Source: a virus (taxonomy: Duplodnaviria > Caudoviricetes). From it: a DNA stretch of 45,436 bases. Positions 1 to 10,176 of the stretch are shown here, piece by piece. Location: IMG/VR virus record IMGVR_UViG_3300005805_006996, positions 1 to 45,436 of that record; one strand, given 5' to 3'. The position numbers were made by a program, and so were the translations under genes. The notes under the pieces were generated by a model, which searched no databases, had not been told where the DNA came from, and saw nothing but the letters and a program-made list of their open reading frames with translations. The stretch's first letter is position 1. The number at the start of each line of letters is the position of its first letter.

Positions 1-1
1 T

Positions 2-1657
2 GGTACCCCAACCAAGCAATTTAGTTCATGTGTTCTTATACGTAGTGACGATGATCTCGATAGTATTTTTGCTAGTGGTGAAATGATGGCTAAGTATGCT
101 AGCAAACGTGCTGGTATTGGTTTAGAAATTGGTCGCCTACGTCCATTGGGTAGTCCTATACGGGGCGGAGAAATCATGCACACCGGCATGATTCCTTTCT
201 TAAAGAAGTGGTTCGGTGATTTGCGTAGTTGCTCACAAGGAGGTATCCGTAATGCAAGTGCTACTGTATTTTATCCTATTTGGCATCATCAGTTTGATGA
301 TCTTATCGTTCTTAAAAACAATCAGGGAACAGAGGAAACCCGAGTCCGTCATATGGATTATGGGGTTGTGCTTACCAGTTTATTTTGGCGACGATTCAAA
401 AACAAAGAAAACATAACATTCTTTGATCCTAACGAAGTGCCTGATTTATATGAAGCTTTTTATAAGGATACAAAACTTTTTGAAGAATTGTATGTAAAGT
501 ATGAAAAAAAACTAGGACTCAGAAAGAAAACAATCAGTGCTGAAGAAGTGTTCAAGGGCGGTATTCTAAAAGAACGCACAGACACTGGCAGAATTTATCT
601 AGTATTCATTGATAACGTTATGAATCAAGGTCCATTTGATTCTGAATGGCATACAATTTATCAAAGTAATCTTTGCTTAGAAATTCTATTGCCCACCAAG
701 CCGTTCAAACGTTTAGATGATCCAAATGGTAGAATTGCTCTTTGTACATTGGGTAGTATAAATTGGGGAGCGTTCCGCAATCCTGAGGACATGCGCCGTG
801 CATGTAGGATATTGCATCGTAGTCTAAACAACATCTTAGATTATCAAGATTTTTTGTCTATTCAATCCAAATTAAGCAATGACGAAATTCGTCCTCTTGG
901 AATCGGAGTCACAAATTTAGCATATTGGCATGCAAAACGTGGTTTAAAATATGGTGATAAAGACGCATTACAAGAAGTCAAGAGTTGGATTGAACATCAA
1001 ATGTTCTATTTGACAGAGGCAAGTGTAGAACTAGCTAGAGAGCGTGGTAAATGTTTAGATAGCGACAAAACTTTCTACGGTAAAGGCGTTTTCCCTTGGG
1101 AACGTAGAGCCAATGGAGTTAATGAACTAGCAGACTTTAAACCTGAATTAGACTGGGAACCTCTACGTCAAGAAATGATCACGCATGGTGTTAGAAATGC
1201 TACAAATGGTGCTATTGCGCCAGTAGAGTCTAGCAGCGTTGTTATCAATAGCACAAATGGTATTGAGCTACCGATGTCACTAATCTCTACTAAAGAGAGT
1301 AAGGCGGGCAGCTTCACACAAGTTGTTCCTGAATTTCACAAGTTAAAAAACAAATATCAACTAATGTGGGATCAGAAAGATTGCACACCTTATTTGAAAA
1401 CAGCAGCGGTCCTGCAGGCATACATCGATCAAAGTATCAGTACAAATACATTCTATAATCCTGCACATTTCCCAGATAGAAAAGTACCTACTACATTGAT
1501 TGCTAAAAATTTAATGCAGGCACAGCTATGGGGTATTAAAACTTTCTATTATAGCCTTATCAACAAAGCAGGTTCTAAAGTAACTGAACATTCTGAGAAT
1601 GTTCAGCCACTAATTTTAGAAGAATTGGATGATGATTGTGAGGCTTGCAAGTTATGA
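2..1657 (+). CDS. nrdA: Class Ia ribonucleotide reductase alpha subunit (5'-truncated by window)
   Basis: Frame is open from base 2 (GTPTKQFSSCVL...). Motifs SSC, SNLCLEI, LCTLGSIN, APVESSS, KTFYY and C-terminal CEACKL. Confidence 0.97.
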   Translation, partial: GTPTKQFSSCVLIRSDDDLDSIFASGEMMAKYASKRAGIGLEIGRLRPLGSPIRGGEIMHTGMIPFLKKWFGDLRSCSQGGIRNASATVFYPIWHHQFDDLIVLKNNQGTEETRVRHMDYGVVLTSLFWRRFKNKENITFFDPNEVPDLYEAFYKDTKLFEELYVKYEKKLGLRKKTISAEEVFKGGILKERTDTGRIYLVFIDNVMNQGPFDSEWHTIYQSNLCLEILLPTKPFKRLDDPNGRIALCTLGSINWGAFRNPEDMRRACRILHRSLNNILDYQDFLSIQSKLSNDEIRPLGIGVTNLAYWHAKRGLKYGDKDALQEVKSWIEHQMFYLTEASVELARERGKCLDSDKTFYGKGVFPWERRANGVNELADFKPELDWEPLRQEMITHGVRNATNGAIAPVESSSVVINSTNGIELPMSLISTKESKAGSFTQVVPEFHKLKNKYQLMWDQKDCTPYLKTAAVLQAYIDQSISTNTFYNPAHFPDRKVPTTLIAKNLMQAQLWGIKTFYYSLINKAGSKVTEHSENVQPLILEELDDDCEACKL

Positions 1658-2391
1658 AGATAGCTATTTATGGTGACAGTTATGCAGATTTTTACCGCGA
1701 GTGGAAACATACCTGGGAATATTATTTACGGGAAATGTTGGGTGTAGGTACAGATATACACAATTATGCTAAAGGCGGATCCTCATTATACTTTTCCTAC
1801 AAAACTTTTGTAGAAACACGTGACTTGTACGATTTGGTGATATTTTTAGTAACAGAACCTCATCGTTACCCTATCAAATTTAAACCGTCACAATCAAAAC
1901 AAACGCATTATATTACATGCTCGGCTCATGTTGAACAAATAGAAAAAAATTCAGAAGCTTTATTGACCGTAGAAGAAAAAAAGTTTTTAAGTAATTTAAA
2001 AGGTTGGTTCGGCGCAAGTTCAGATGAATACAACGTAGATATGGCTGATATTATGGTTGACAATATTGAACGTATGCATGGTAACATAATACTTTATCCC
2101 TGCTTCTTCAATAGTCTTAAAAAAGAAAGATTTAAAAAATATAATCTAGATCCTATTTTACATCCTATGCATTCTTTTTGGCATAGACAATTAGAATTGT
2201 TGGGTATTGACCCTAATAATTTTACTGCACTTGAAAAACATACTTTAGCTGGACATCTTACCCCAGAATTCAATAAATATTTTGCAAAAGTATTACACTC
2301 TAAAATTACAAAAGGGGTATGGGATCATAGCGGATTCTTTGATGTAGTGATAGAACACCCTAAAACACATTATTATAAAAATTGGGATTAA
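1654..2391 (+). CDS. SGNH/GDSL-like hypothetical protein
   Basis: IAIYGDSY block I, NYAKGGSS and C-terminal GHLTPEFN. ATG at 1654 overlaps the nrdA TGA (ATGA). Confidence 0.6.
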   Translation: MKIAIYGDSYADFYREWKHTWEYYLREMLGVGTDIHNYAKGGSSLYFSYKTFVETRDLYDLVIFLVTEPHRYPIKFKPSQSKQTHYITCSAHVEQIEKNSEALLTVEEKKFLSNLKGWFGASSDEYNVDMADIMVDNIERMHGNIILYPCFFNSLKKERFKKYNLDPILHPMHSFWHRQLELLGIDPNNFTALEKHTLAGHLTPEFNKYFAKVLHSKITKGVWDHSGFFDVVIEHPKTHYYKNWD

Positions 2392-2395
2392 TTAT

Positions 2396-3556
2396 ATGAG
2401 TAAAGCACAATACAATTTAAACACAAAGACGGACTACCTTAATCGTAAAATGTTTTTAGATCCATCGGGTCCTGTGACTATTCAACGTTTTGAAGAAGTC
2501 AAGTATAACAAGATTGCAGACTTTGAGAAAACCGCACGTGGTTTCTTTTGGGTTCCAGAAGAAGTTAGTCTTACTAAAGATGCACAAGACTTTAAAGATG
2601 CTAGTGATGCAGTAAAACACATTTTTACTAGTAACCTATTGCGTCAAACAGCACTAGACAGTATCCAAGGTAGAGGACCTAGTCAGATATTTACGCCAGT
2701 CATTAGCCTACCTGAATTAGAGGCATTAGTTTACAACTGGACATTCTTTGAGACTAATATTCATAGTCGTAGCTATAGCCACATTATTCGTAACATCTAC
2801 AATGTACCTAAAGAAGTATTCAACACTATACATGATACAACAGAAATCGTTGACATGGCAAGTAGTGTAGGACATTACTATGATAGATTACATGAAATAA
2901 ACTGTGCTAAACAATTAGATCCCGTGAACGTGGGGCTGAGACAATACATAGGTGGAGATGCTCAAGTAGGAACATTGGTTCATCAATTTAGTGAAGAAAG
3001 CCATATCAAAGCCATATATCTAGCACTACACGCAAGCTATGCATTAGAAGCGTTTAGATTCATGGTATCATTTGCTACCAGTCTAGCAATGGTTGAAAAC
3101 AAAATCTTTATCGGTAATGGTAACATTATCAGTTTGATTTTACAAGATGAGTTGCTGCACAAAGGTTGGACAGCTTACATTATCAATCAGGTTGTAAAAG
3201 AAGACCAAAGATTTGCAAAAATAGCAAATGAATGCCAAGCTGAAGTTATTCAAATTTATAAAGATGTTATTGATGAAGAAAAGAGATGGGCAGACTACTT
3301 GTTTAAGAAAGGGCCTGTCATTGGATTAAACGCCAACATTCTTAAGGATTTTGTTGATTACACTGCGGTTGGAGCACTAAAGGACATAGGAATTAAGTAT
3401 TGGAACCCAGCTCCAAAGACTACACCTATTCCATGGTTCAACAAGCACAGCGATACTAGCAAAAAGCAAACAGCATTACAAGAAAACGAGTCTACCAACT
3501 ATGTGATTGGTGTCATGAGTGATGTGATAGACTACGATGAACTACCTGCAATTTAA
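2396..3556 (+). CDS. nrdB: Ribonucleotide reductase beta subunit
   Basis: FFWVPEE, LDSIQG, ETNIHSRSY, LEAFRF, DELLH di-iron motifs and C-terminal QENESTNY. Confidence 0.97.
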   Translation: MSKAQYNLNTKTDYLNRKMFLDPSGPVTIQRFEEVKYNKIADFEKTARGFFWVPEEVSLTKDAQDFKDASDAVKHIFTSNLLRQTALDSIQGRGPSQIFTPVISLPELEALVYNWTFFETNIHSRSYSHIIRNIYNVPKEVFNTIHDTTEIVDMASSVGHYYDRLHEINCAKQLDPVNVGLRQYIGGDAQVGTLVHQFSEESHIKAIYLALHASYALEAFRFMVSFATSLAMVENKIFIGNGNIISLILQDELLHKGWTAYIINQVVKEDQRFAKIANECQAEVIQIYKDVIDEEKRWADYLFKKGPVIGLNANILKDFVDYTAVGALKDIGIKYWNPAPKTTPIPWFNKHSDTSKKQTALQENESTNYVIGVMSDVIDYDELPAI

Positions 3557-3565
3557 GGAGAATAT

Positions 3566-3790
3566 ATGAAAGCAATTATTTGGAGCAAATACCATTGCAC
3601 TTTTTGCGATCAAGCAAAAGCATTACTACAACAAAAGGGTATACCTTTTGAAGAACGTAAGATCGGTGACGGTTGGACAAAAGAAGAATTACTTGAGGCA
3701 GTGCCTAATGCACGAACAGTTCCTCAAATTTTTATCAACGAAGAATACGTCGGTGGATATTCTGAACTGAAACAAAAACTAACAGCATAA
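3566..3790 (+). CDS. Glutaredoxin
   Basis: CTFC active site, TVPQIF, VGGY; AAGGAG RBS; directly after nrdB. Confidence 0.93.
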   Translation: MKAIIWSKYHCTFCDQAKALLQQKGIPFEERKIGDGWTKEELLEAVPNARTVPQIFINEEYVGGYSELKQKLTA

Positions 3791-3799
3791 GGAAACTAA

Positions 3800-4099
3800 A
3801 TGGAAATTAAAGTAGATGAAGTATACAGTTTTAAACTAAACAGTGGGGAAGAACTCATAGCAAAAGTAAAATCTGTAGATAAGGATGTAATATTAGTAGA
3901 GGAACCAGTATCAGTGGCACCTAATCATCAAGGTATGGGACTTGTTCCTAGTCTTTTTACAGCAGAACCCCGCGGTTTGGCCAGACTAAATACATATAGT
4001 ATTGCTATTGTTGCCAATACTGAGGATAATGTAAAGATGAAGTATTTAGAAGCAACAACAGGAATTAAAGTTCCTAGCAAAAAAATAGTATTGGGGTAA
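3800..4099 (+). CDS. Conserved T4-like phage protein, Sm-like fold candidate
   Basis: KLNSGEELIAKV ... Y.EATTGI pattern typical of myophage small proteins; recognised by pattern only. Confidence 0.5.
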   Translation: MEIKVDEVYSFKLNSGEELIAKVKSVDKDVILVEEPVSVAPNHQGMGLVPSLFTAEPRGLARLNTYSIAIVANTEDNVKMKYLEATTGIKVPSKKIVLG

Positions 4100-4101
4100 A
4101 T

Positions 4102-4398
4102 ATGCCAGCAGTTGCAAGACAAGGTGATAGTTTTAGTACTGGACATGGTTGTACAGGTCAATCGACCATTACTGGTCCGTCAGGTAATGTATTTGCTGAT
4201 GGGAGGGGTGTCGAGCGCCGCGGAGATCCATCGGTTCCTCATACTATAAAAAGCGGTAGAAGTTGTGTCAATCACACAGTTCGTATATCTAGTGGTTCTG
4301 GAACAGTTTTTGTTAATGGTAGACCCATTGCTAGAGTAGGAGATTCTATCGACGCAGGTTCTATAACAAGTGGATCATCTACAGTATTTGCTGGATAA
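4102..4398 (+). CDS. PAAR-repeat spike tip protein (T4 gp5.4-like)
   Basis: PAVARQGD, VERRGD and PIARVGD repeats, His/Cys metal ligands, C-terminal SGSSTVFAG; TAAATA immediately upstream. Confidence 0.92.
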   Translation: MPAVARQGDSFSTGHGCTGQSTITGPSGNVFADGRGVERRGDPSVPHTIKSGRSCVNHTVRISSGSGTVFVNGRPIARVGDSIDAGSITSGSSTVFAG

Positions 4399-4406
4399 AA
4401 AATGTT

Positions 4407-5720
4407 ATGACAACACCGAAGCAAACACCATTGGGTGTTAATGTACAAGGATCTCTATTACAAGGTATAGGGATCAATATTAATCCCATTAATCAAACAT
4501 ATATAGGAACAAGTAAAGTAAATCCTACGTATACGTTTGGTTCTATTGTTTCTGGTACTTGCTTAAATTTACTAACATATGCGATTAACGATGCATATGT
4601 TAGGGGTGTTGTTACTAAAACTCCTGCAGGATCTAGCGTGTACGATGACTTGATATCTATAGGAGAAGGATATTGTTCTGCGTTAGGCAATTCTAAACCA
4701 CCTACCTATGCAGCAGTTGATCCAAGCGGACAATGGACCGGTGCAGGCGCACCTGCTACTACCGGTTATGCTAATGATATAAACCCTGACTATCCTAATA
4801 ATGATGAAGGACAGGGACAAGAAGCAAGTTGGTTGCCTTATGATACTACTAATCCAAACAATGCTGTCACGCAATGGGGCTTTTTAAGAAACTATGCATT
4901 ACAAGCATGGAATGAATTTAACTATAATGGTTCTAGTCCTTCTAATACAGCAGTAAGCTATAAAGATTTCTTAGGTTCGTTTTTAACTGCTAAAGGTTTC
5001 ATAGAAGATACAAACGTTTCAATTCATGCAATTGCTAATAGTGGTACTTTTTTAAAAGGTACTTACAGTAATATGAATGACCTAACCAGTGCAGACGTTA
5101 CAGGTGTTAACTTAGCTACTGCTGAATTTGGTCAAGATTGTATTAAGGCAGGTAAAGCAATCGATTTATCTAAAATAAGTAAATTTGGATTACCTTCAGT
5201 ATTGTTACAAACAATAAAAAAATATAATGCCATATCGCAATCGTTAACTGTAGCATTCTTATCCGCTGGCTTAGAACCAGACGAAGTAGAAGCTATTGCT
5301 AATAATACAATACCGTATGTGACAAAACAACAAGAGCAACAAATATATGGAGCCTTCTTAGTTATTGTGGGGACAGATTTACAAGATATATTAGTTCCAT
5401 TAAACTGCAAAACAAGAGGATTAGAGTCGTTAGCAGATTTGCTCAATATTAAAAAGTTGTTTCCTAACAGTTATATGTCTTTAACAGTACCTGTTTATAA
5501 TACTACAGAAGGTCCTACAAATAGTAAAACTTATTATCCTATCTTTGAAAATAATGGTGTAAGTCCTAGACTTAAGAATCCTACTATCGCAACACAAATA
5601 GGTGAAGTATTGCCGGCTGGAACACCACCAGTAGTAGAATCTACGTTAATCTTAACTGTAGAAAATACTTCGTCATACTTAGATGATAGCGATCTTCCTG
5701 TTAATGGACAAGGAATCTGA
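4407..5720 (+). CDS. Hypothetical protein, probable virion structural component
   Basis: Long ORF rich in G/T/N/S next to PAAR; no catalytic motif seen. Confidence 0.5.
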   Translation: MTTPKQTPLGVNVQGSLLQGIGININPINQTYIGTSKVNPTYTFGSIVSGTCLNLLTYAINDAYVRGVVTKTPAGSSVYDDLISIGEGYCSALGNSKPPTYAAVDPSGQWTGAGAPATTGYANDINPDYPNNDEGQGQEASWLPYDTTNPNNAVTQWGFLRNYALQAWNEFNYNGSSPSNTAVSYKDFLGSFLTAKGFIEDTNVSIHAIANSGTFLKGTYSNMNDLTSADVTGVNLATAEFGQDCIKAGKAIDLSKISKFGLPSVLLQTIKKYNAISQSLTVAFLSAGLEPDEVEAIANNTIPYVTKQQEQQIYGAFLVIVGTDLQDILVPLNCKTRGLESLADLLNIKKLFPNSYMSLTVPVYNTTEGPTNSKTYYPIFENNGVSPRLKNPTIATQIGEVLPAGTPPVVESTLILTVENTSSYLDDSDLPVNGQGI

Positions 5721-5722
5721 TA

Positions 5723-7579
5723 ATGGCCGATCAACCAAACTTTCAAATACCCCCATTAGGATTCGGGTCATACCTTCAAGATATATTACCTGACGATTTA
5801 GCTGTTTCGGCTGGCGCCTTTTCCTCTGCAATGCAACAGATTAGAAATATTGAAAACGTAAACTTTGAACAGTTTTCACAGGTTGTATCGTCATTGGAAA
5901 TTACTACCAAAGATTTAGATTTAATAAATGGAACTGATGTCCCTACAGACACTACATTAGCTAACGCTGGACAAAACATATTAGCATTGGGTAGTGGTCC
6001 AAATGGTGCGTATACTGCTAGTGATTTATTCGGTTGTATGTCCGGACTTCCGTATAGTTGGAATGAATTAAAAACTAACATATTAGATGCTCAAACAACT
6101 AAACTAAGCAATATATACAATCAATTATATTTGGCAACAACATGGGAAGCTGCTACTGTATCTGTTCAATATACAACTAGTGCAGGTCCCACGTATACTG
6201 TTACCGGAATAACTATTACTGATTCTGGTGGAGGTTATGGAAGAGGCGCCGCTGTAGCGCCCACTATAACAATTGCCGGTGGATCTGGCGCAACCGCTAC
6301 ATGCACAATAGGCACTGATTCTACTAATGCAGGATCTAACGGTAGTGGGACATTTGGTAGAGTAACAACGGTTACCTTAACGTCAGCAGGAATAACTACC
6401 GGAACGATACCTACAGCTACAATTCAGTGTCCACCGACTGCAACGTTACCTATAGCGATAGACGGAAGTATATCAACTCTCGGCACAAATACAGCTAGTG
6501 GTACAGCAGGCTGGCCAGGAATGAATACTGTGGTAAGTGCATATATAACACAAGCTAACGATGAAATAGTAAGTATATCCGCCACTAAGAAAAACATAGT
6601 AAATGTGTTGAACACTGTTTATAATGCAGCCGGTAAACAATTAATGATCGAACAGCGTTCAAGGTATAATGCAATAGCACCTGTACCACCAGAGTTTGAT
6701 TCATATATTAATCAATACTTAAGCACTGTAATTAATTTTACAGATGCATTAGGAGATTTAGCAAAAAATACATATCCACATATGTATGCACAAACACTAG
6801 AAGCAATAGCAGACTTATCTACTGTAGGTGGACAGAGTATTGTTGGTTTGATGCGCCAAGAAAGAAATTCGGATAGACTGCAAAAAATAGGAATCGAGTT
6901 AGACACTGAGATACCAGGAAACATTGGAGAAAATATGTGTCCTGTATTAATTTCAAATAATACTGTTCCTACAGGAGTTGTAGGAATTGAGGTTAATGGA
7001 ATAAATGGTAACGCGGCAGATCCTACAACAACCTATACATTGCCTTCTATGTTATTACAAGAAACAGATGATGGAACTATTGCACCCAAACCATATGGAT
7101 ATTTTGATCCCAATACAAATGACTATATTCAAGTAAATTCAATATCAAATATACAACAGAATCCACCTATACAAGGAATTTTGAATGTTTCAAATACGAT
7201 AAATAATAATACAAATTTACTAGGTCCAAATAATAATGGAACAGGTCCGGCAGTTCCATTAGTATCGGTAGCATCAACTAGTGTAGCAGAACTACAATCA
7301 GGTCTCACTGATACTTCTATTAGTGGAAGTAACATAGTTCAAACACAACCGATTGCAGTAGTAACTGTAGGTGCTAGAGTCCCCACAGGACAAGGAGCAC
7401 CATTAGATGTTGGTAAACCGGAATTTCCTGGTAGTCTAGCAGGATCAGAGGCAACTAATTTGATACCTTGCACATTGAATTCGGCATATACTTCTTCCGT
7501 TCTTTTACCGAATCAGTTGACTGTCCAAGAAGCTATAGATGAAGTAATAAAATGTAACTGTACCTGTTGGGTAGATTAA
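5723..7579 (+). CDS. Hypothetical protein, probable virion/tail structural component
   Basis: T/G/S-rich beta-repeat segment (ITITDSGGGYG..PTITIAGGSGATA) typical of myophage tail/baseplate proteins; C-terminal CNCTCW. Confidence 0.55.
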   Translation: MADQPNFQIPPLGFGSYLQDILPDDLAVSAGAFSSAMQQIRNIENVNFEQFSQVVSSLEITTKDLDLINGTDVPTDTTLANAGQNILALGSGPNGAYTASDLFGCMSGLPYSWNELKTNILDAQTTKLSNIYNQLYLATTWEAATVSVQYTTSAGPTYTVTGITITDSGGGYGRGAAVAPTITIAGGSGATATCTIGTDSTNAGSNGSGTFGRVTTVTLTSAGITTGTIPTATIQCPPTATLPIAIDGSISTLGTNTASGTAGWPGMNTVVSAYITQANDEIVSISATKKNIVNVLNTVYNAAGKQLMIEQRSRYNAIAPVPPEFDSYINQYLSTVINFTDALGDLAKNTYPHMYAQTLEAIADLSTVGGQSIVGLMRQERNSDRLQKIGIELDTEIPGNIGENMCPVLISNNTVPTGVVGIEVNGINGNAADPTTTYTLPSMLLQETDDGTIAPKPYGYFDPNTNDYIQVNSISNIQQNPPIQGILNVSNTINNNTNLLGPNNNGTGPAVPLVSVASTSVAELQSGLTDTSISGSNIVQTQPIAVVTVGARVPTGQGAPLDVGKPEFPGSLAGSEATNLIPCTLNSAYTSSVLLPNQLTVQEAIDEVIKCNCTCWVD

Positions 7580-7592
7580 CTAACCGTTTTGC

Positions 7593-7621
7593 TTGAAGTT
7601 TATTACCGAAAGTAGTATACT
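7593..7621 (+). promoter_or_regulatory. sigma70-type promoter candidate
   Basis: TTGAAG-17 nt-TATACT upstream of the hydrolase gene. Confidence 0.45.
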
Positions 7622-7682
7622 TCAGTGTGTTAGTATTTTCTACCAAAATTTGGTATCACTAACTAAGAAAGGAAAGTTGAAA

Positions 7683-8243
7683 ATGGATACAACTATAAAA
7701 ACATTTAATAGACTAGTGGGTCTATTTCTAGTGTATATTTTGGTTACCACTGTGACCAATTTTAAATTGGAACGCATGGTAGATGCAGGAACGTATGCAA
7801 CATTTACCAGTTCGCCCAAATCTTATGTCTCGTCTAAGACGATTGATAAAACACTTGAATGTTTAGCTTTAAATATTTACAAAGAAGCAGGTCATGAAAG
7901 TTTCGAAGGGAAGGTTGCGGTAGCTCAAGTAACATTAAATAGAGTTGACCATCCACAATTTCCAAAAGAAGTTTGTAGCGTTGTTTATCAAAAAAACGTT
8001 ATTATGGAAAAAGTAGTATGCCAATTTAGTTGGTATTGTGATTCGAAACACAGGGCACGCCCGGTCAATAAAGCTGCGTATGAAGAAAGTTATGCAGTAG
8101 CCAAAAAAGTATTACTAGAAGGATTCAGGCTTGATTCTTTGAAAGATGCTATTTATTATCATGCGGACTATGTAAACCCACGCTGGCCGTATGAACGAGT
8201 GGGGAAAGTGGGAAGACATATTTTTTATAGGGGTAGAACATGA
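7683..8243 (+). CDS. SleB/Hydrolase_2-family cell wall hydrolase with N-terminal hydrophobic anchor
   Basis: CLALNIYKEAGHE, VAQVTLNRV, CQFSW, YYHADYVNPRW, GRHIFY. ATG at 7683 follows AAGGAAAG. Confidence 0.9.
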   Translation: MDTTIKTFNRLVGLFLVYILVTTVTNFKLERMVDAGTYATFTSSPKSYVSSKTIDKTLECLALNIYKEAGHESFEGKVAVAQVTLNRVDHPQFPKEVCSVVYQKNVIMEKVVCQFSWYCDSKHRARPVNKAAYEESYAVAKKVLLEGFRLDSLKDAIYYHADYVNPRWPYERVGKVGRHIFYRGRT

Positions 8244-8551
8244 GTTATGTTGTTAAAATTGTAGATTACATTAGAGATTTTTTCTATAACAAATTAGGAA
8301 AAGTTTCTGCGGATACATTGGGTTGGTTAGCTAACATTGCATTGCATTGTGCTACTATCCCGTCGTTTTTTGCGTTGATGACGGGGCTTACCGATAAGCC
8401 CCCTGCAGTAGATTTGGTATTGATGATTTGGGCTACATTAGGTTTGCTATTTTTTAAATCTGTATTGCTTAAAGACTATCTAAACGTAGTCACGATTGGT
8501 GTCGGTTTTATTTTACAAGCCGCAGCAATGGCTCTAATATTTTTCAAGTAA
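8240..8551 (+). CDS. Small 3-TM membrane protein (holin candidate)
   Basis: Three hydrophobic segments; translationally coupled to the hydrolase (ATGA overlap). Confidence 0.5.
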   Translation: MSYVVKIVDYIRDFFYNKLGKVSADTLGWLANIALHCATIPSFFALMTGLTDKPPAVDLVLMIWATLGLLFFKSVLLKDYLNVVTIGVGFILQAAAMALIFFK

Positions 8552-8587
8552 TAATTACATCAGTAAATACTCTACTGAAAGGAAATT

Positions 8588-9688
8588 ATGAGTTATTTAT
8601 TTACCAGTGAAAGCGTTAGTGAGGGTCATCCGGATAAAGTTGCTGATGCAATCAGTGACGCCATCCTAGATTTAATCATGTCTAGCGAGGATCCATCACT
8701 ACGATGTGCGTGTGAAACACTAGTTACTACAAATCAAGTTGTTGTAGCAGGTGAATACAAAGGCACACTACATGATCTTCAAGTAGATAGTTCTGTACGT
8801 AGAGTAGTTAAATTATTGGGATACGAACAACCGGGTTTCGATTGGAAGACATTAAAGGTTACTAACCTAATGCATGGACAAAGCCCGGATATTGCTTTAG
8901 GCACAGACAGTTTTGGTGCTGGTGATCAAGGATTAATGTTTGGGTATGCTTGCAACGAAACTAGTGCATACATGCCTAGTGCTATTTACTATGCACACCG
9001 AATCGTAGAAAAGTTAACTGAATTACGAAAAAACAAAATCATGAATTGTTTAGGACCTGATGCTAAAAGTCAAGTCACTTTTGAATATGATGAGAATAAT
9101 AAACCTGTAAGGATCGCTAAAGTAGTGTGTTCTAGCCAACACACAGACGATACAGACATAAATACATTGCGTAAGGCAGTAGAAGAAGTAATTCGTGCTT
9201 TACTGCCACCGCAATATATTGATAATGATACTGAGTTTTTCATTAATCCTACTGGTAGGTTTGTTATTGGCGGTCCTGACGGGGACACAGGACTTACCGG
9301 TCGTAAGATCATCGTTGATACTTACGGCGGCTATAGTCCTCATGGTGGTGGGGCTTTCAGTGGCAAAGATCCTACCAAGGTAGACCGTAGTGCTGCATAT
9401 ATGATGCGATATATTGCCAAGAATATTGTAGCTAGCGGAAAAGCCGACTGGGCAACATGTCAGGTTAGTTATGCAATTGGTTTGAAAGATCCAATGAGTT
9501 TTTACATCGAAACTGCTGATGCTAGCCAAGCACGGCAATTGACAAAGTGGGTTCAAGATAACATAGATTTAACTCCCAAGGGCATCATTGATCGATTTAA
9601 TTTGTTTAGGCCAATTTATAGCAAAACAACAAACTATGGTCATTTTGGAAAATCCGATTTGCCATGGGAACAAGTAAACTTATTCTAA
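8588..9688 (+). CDS. metK: S-adenosylmethionine synthetase
   Basis: FTSESVSEGHPDK, GAGDQG and GGGAFSGKDPTKVDRS signatures. Confidence 0.98.
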   Translation: MSYLFTSESVSEGHPDKVADAISDAILDLIMSSEDPSLRCACETLVTTNQVVVAGEYKGTLHDLQVDSSVRRVVKLLGYEQPGFDWKTLKVTNLMHGQSPDIALGTDSFGAGDQGLMFGYACNETSAYMPSAIYYAHRIVEKLTELRKNKIMNCLGPDAKSQVTFEYDENNKPVRIAKVVCSSQHTDDTDINTLRKAVEEVIRALLPPQYIDNDTEFFINPTGRFVIGGPDGDTGLTGRKIIVDTYGGYSPHGGGAFSGKDPTKVDRSAAYMMRYIAKNIVASGKADWATCQVSYAIGLKDPMSFYIETADASQARQLTKWVQDNIDLTPKGIIDRFNLFRPIYSKTTNYGHFGKSDLPWEQVNLF

Positions 9689-10176
9689 TGGATGAAGAAA
9701 AAAGCAATCTTGCCAAAGGTCGAGATAGCTTTGACGCTACTATAGGCAATAGTCTCGTCCAATTTTTTAATAGAAACGTGAGCGCACACCCCACAGAAGT
9801 GGGGGCTCCTAAATTTGATCTTGTCCCTGTTACTAAACAAAAGGACATAATGGTTAACGTTGCACGTTTACATGCTCAACAAGAGTATGATAGAATAATG
9901 CAACTTGTAGAAGTCTTACAACATCAAGCACAACAGATTAAAAAACGTCTTGATTTGACTGACATGGTCAATAAAGCTAAATATGATTTTCAGACATATC
10001 ATGGACAGTTTTATTGGTTAGTTTATGATCATAGGAAAGATTTTAGTAGACTCGTAATGATAGGACCCAATGATTGGTCCACAGGCAAACCAGAAGAATA
10101 CGAATACTTATGCAGAATTAAATGGTTGGGTGATTACACTTGGTTAGAAGTAGACGAAAACGGTAATTCTTTATGA
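9688..10176 (+). CDS. DUF2452-like hypothetical protein
   Basis: PTEVGAPKF and IGPNDW...GDYTW pattern; ATG overlaps the metK stop (TAATG). Confidence 0.55.
   Translation: MDEEKSNLAKGRDSFDATIGNSLVQFFNRNVSAHPTEVGAPKFDLVPVTKQKDIMVNVARLHAQQEYDRIMQLVEVLQHQAQQIKKRLDLTDMVNKAKYDFQTYHGQFYWLVYDHRKDFSRLVMIGPNDWSTGKPEEYEYLCRIKWLGDYTWLEVDENGNSL

Noticed and set aside
2-3556. Intein or intron in nrdA/nrdB
   Set aside because: Both frames are continuous and of normal size in the visible part; nrdB has at most a short loop insertion.
4493-7335. Antisense ORFs within the structural genes
   Set aside because: Typical shadow ORFs of stop-poor reverse frames, with no RBS or motifs.
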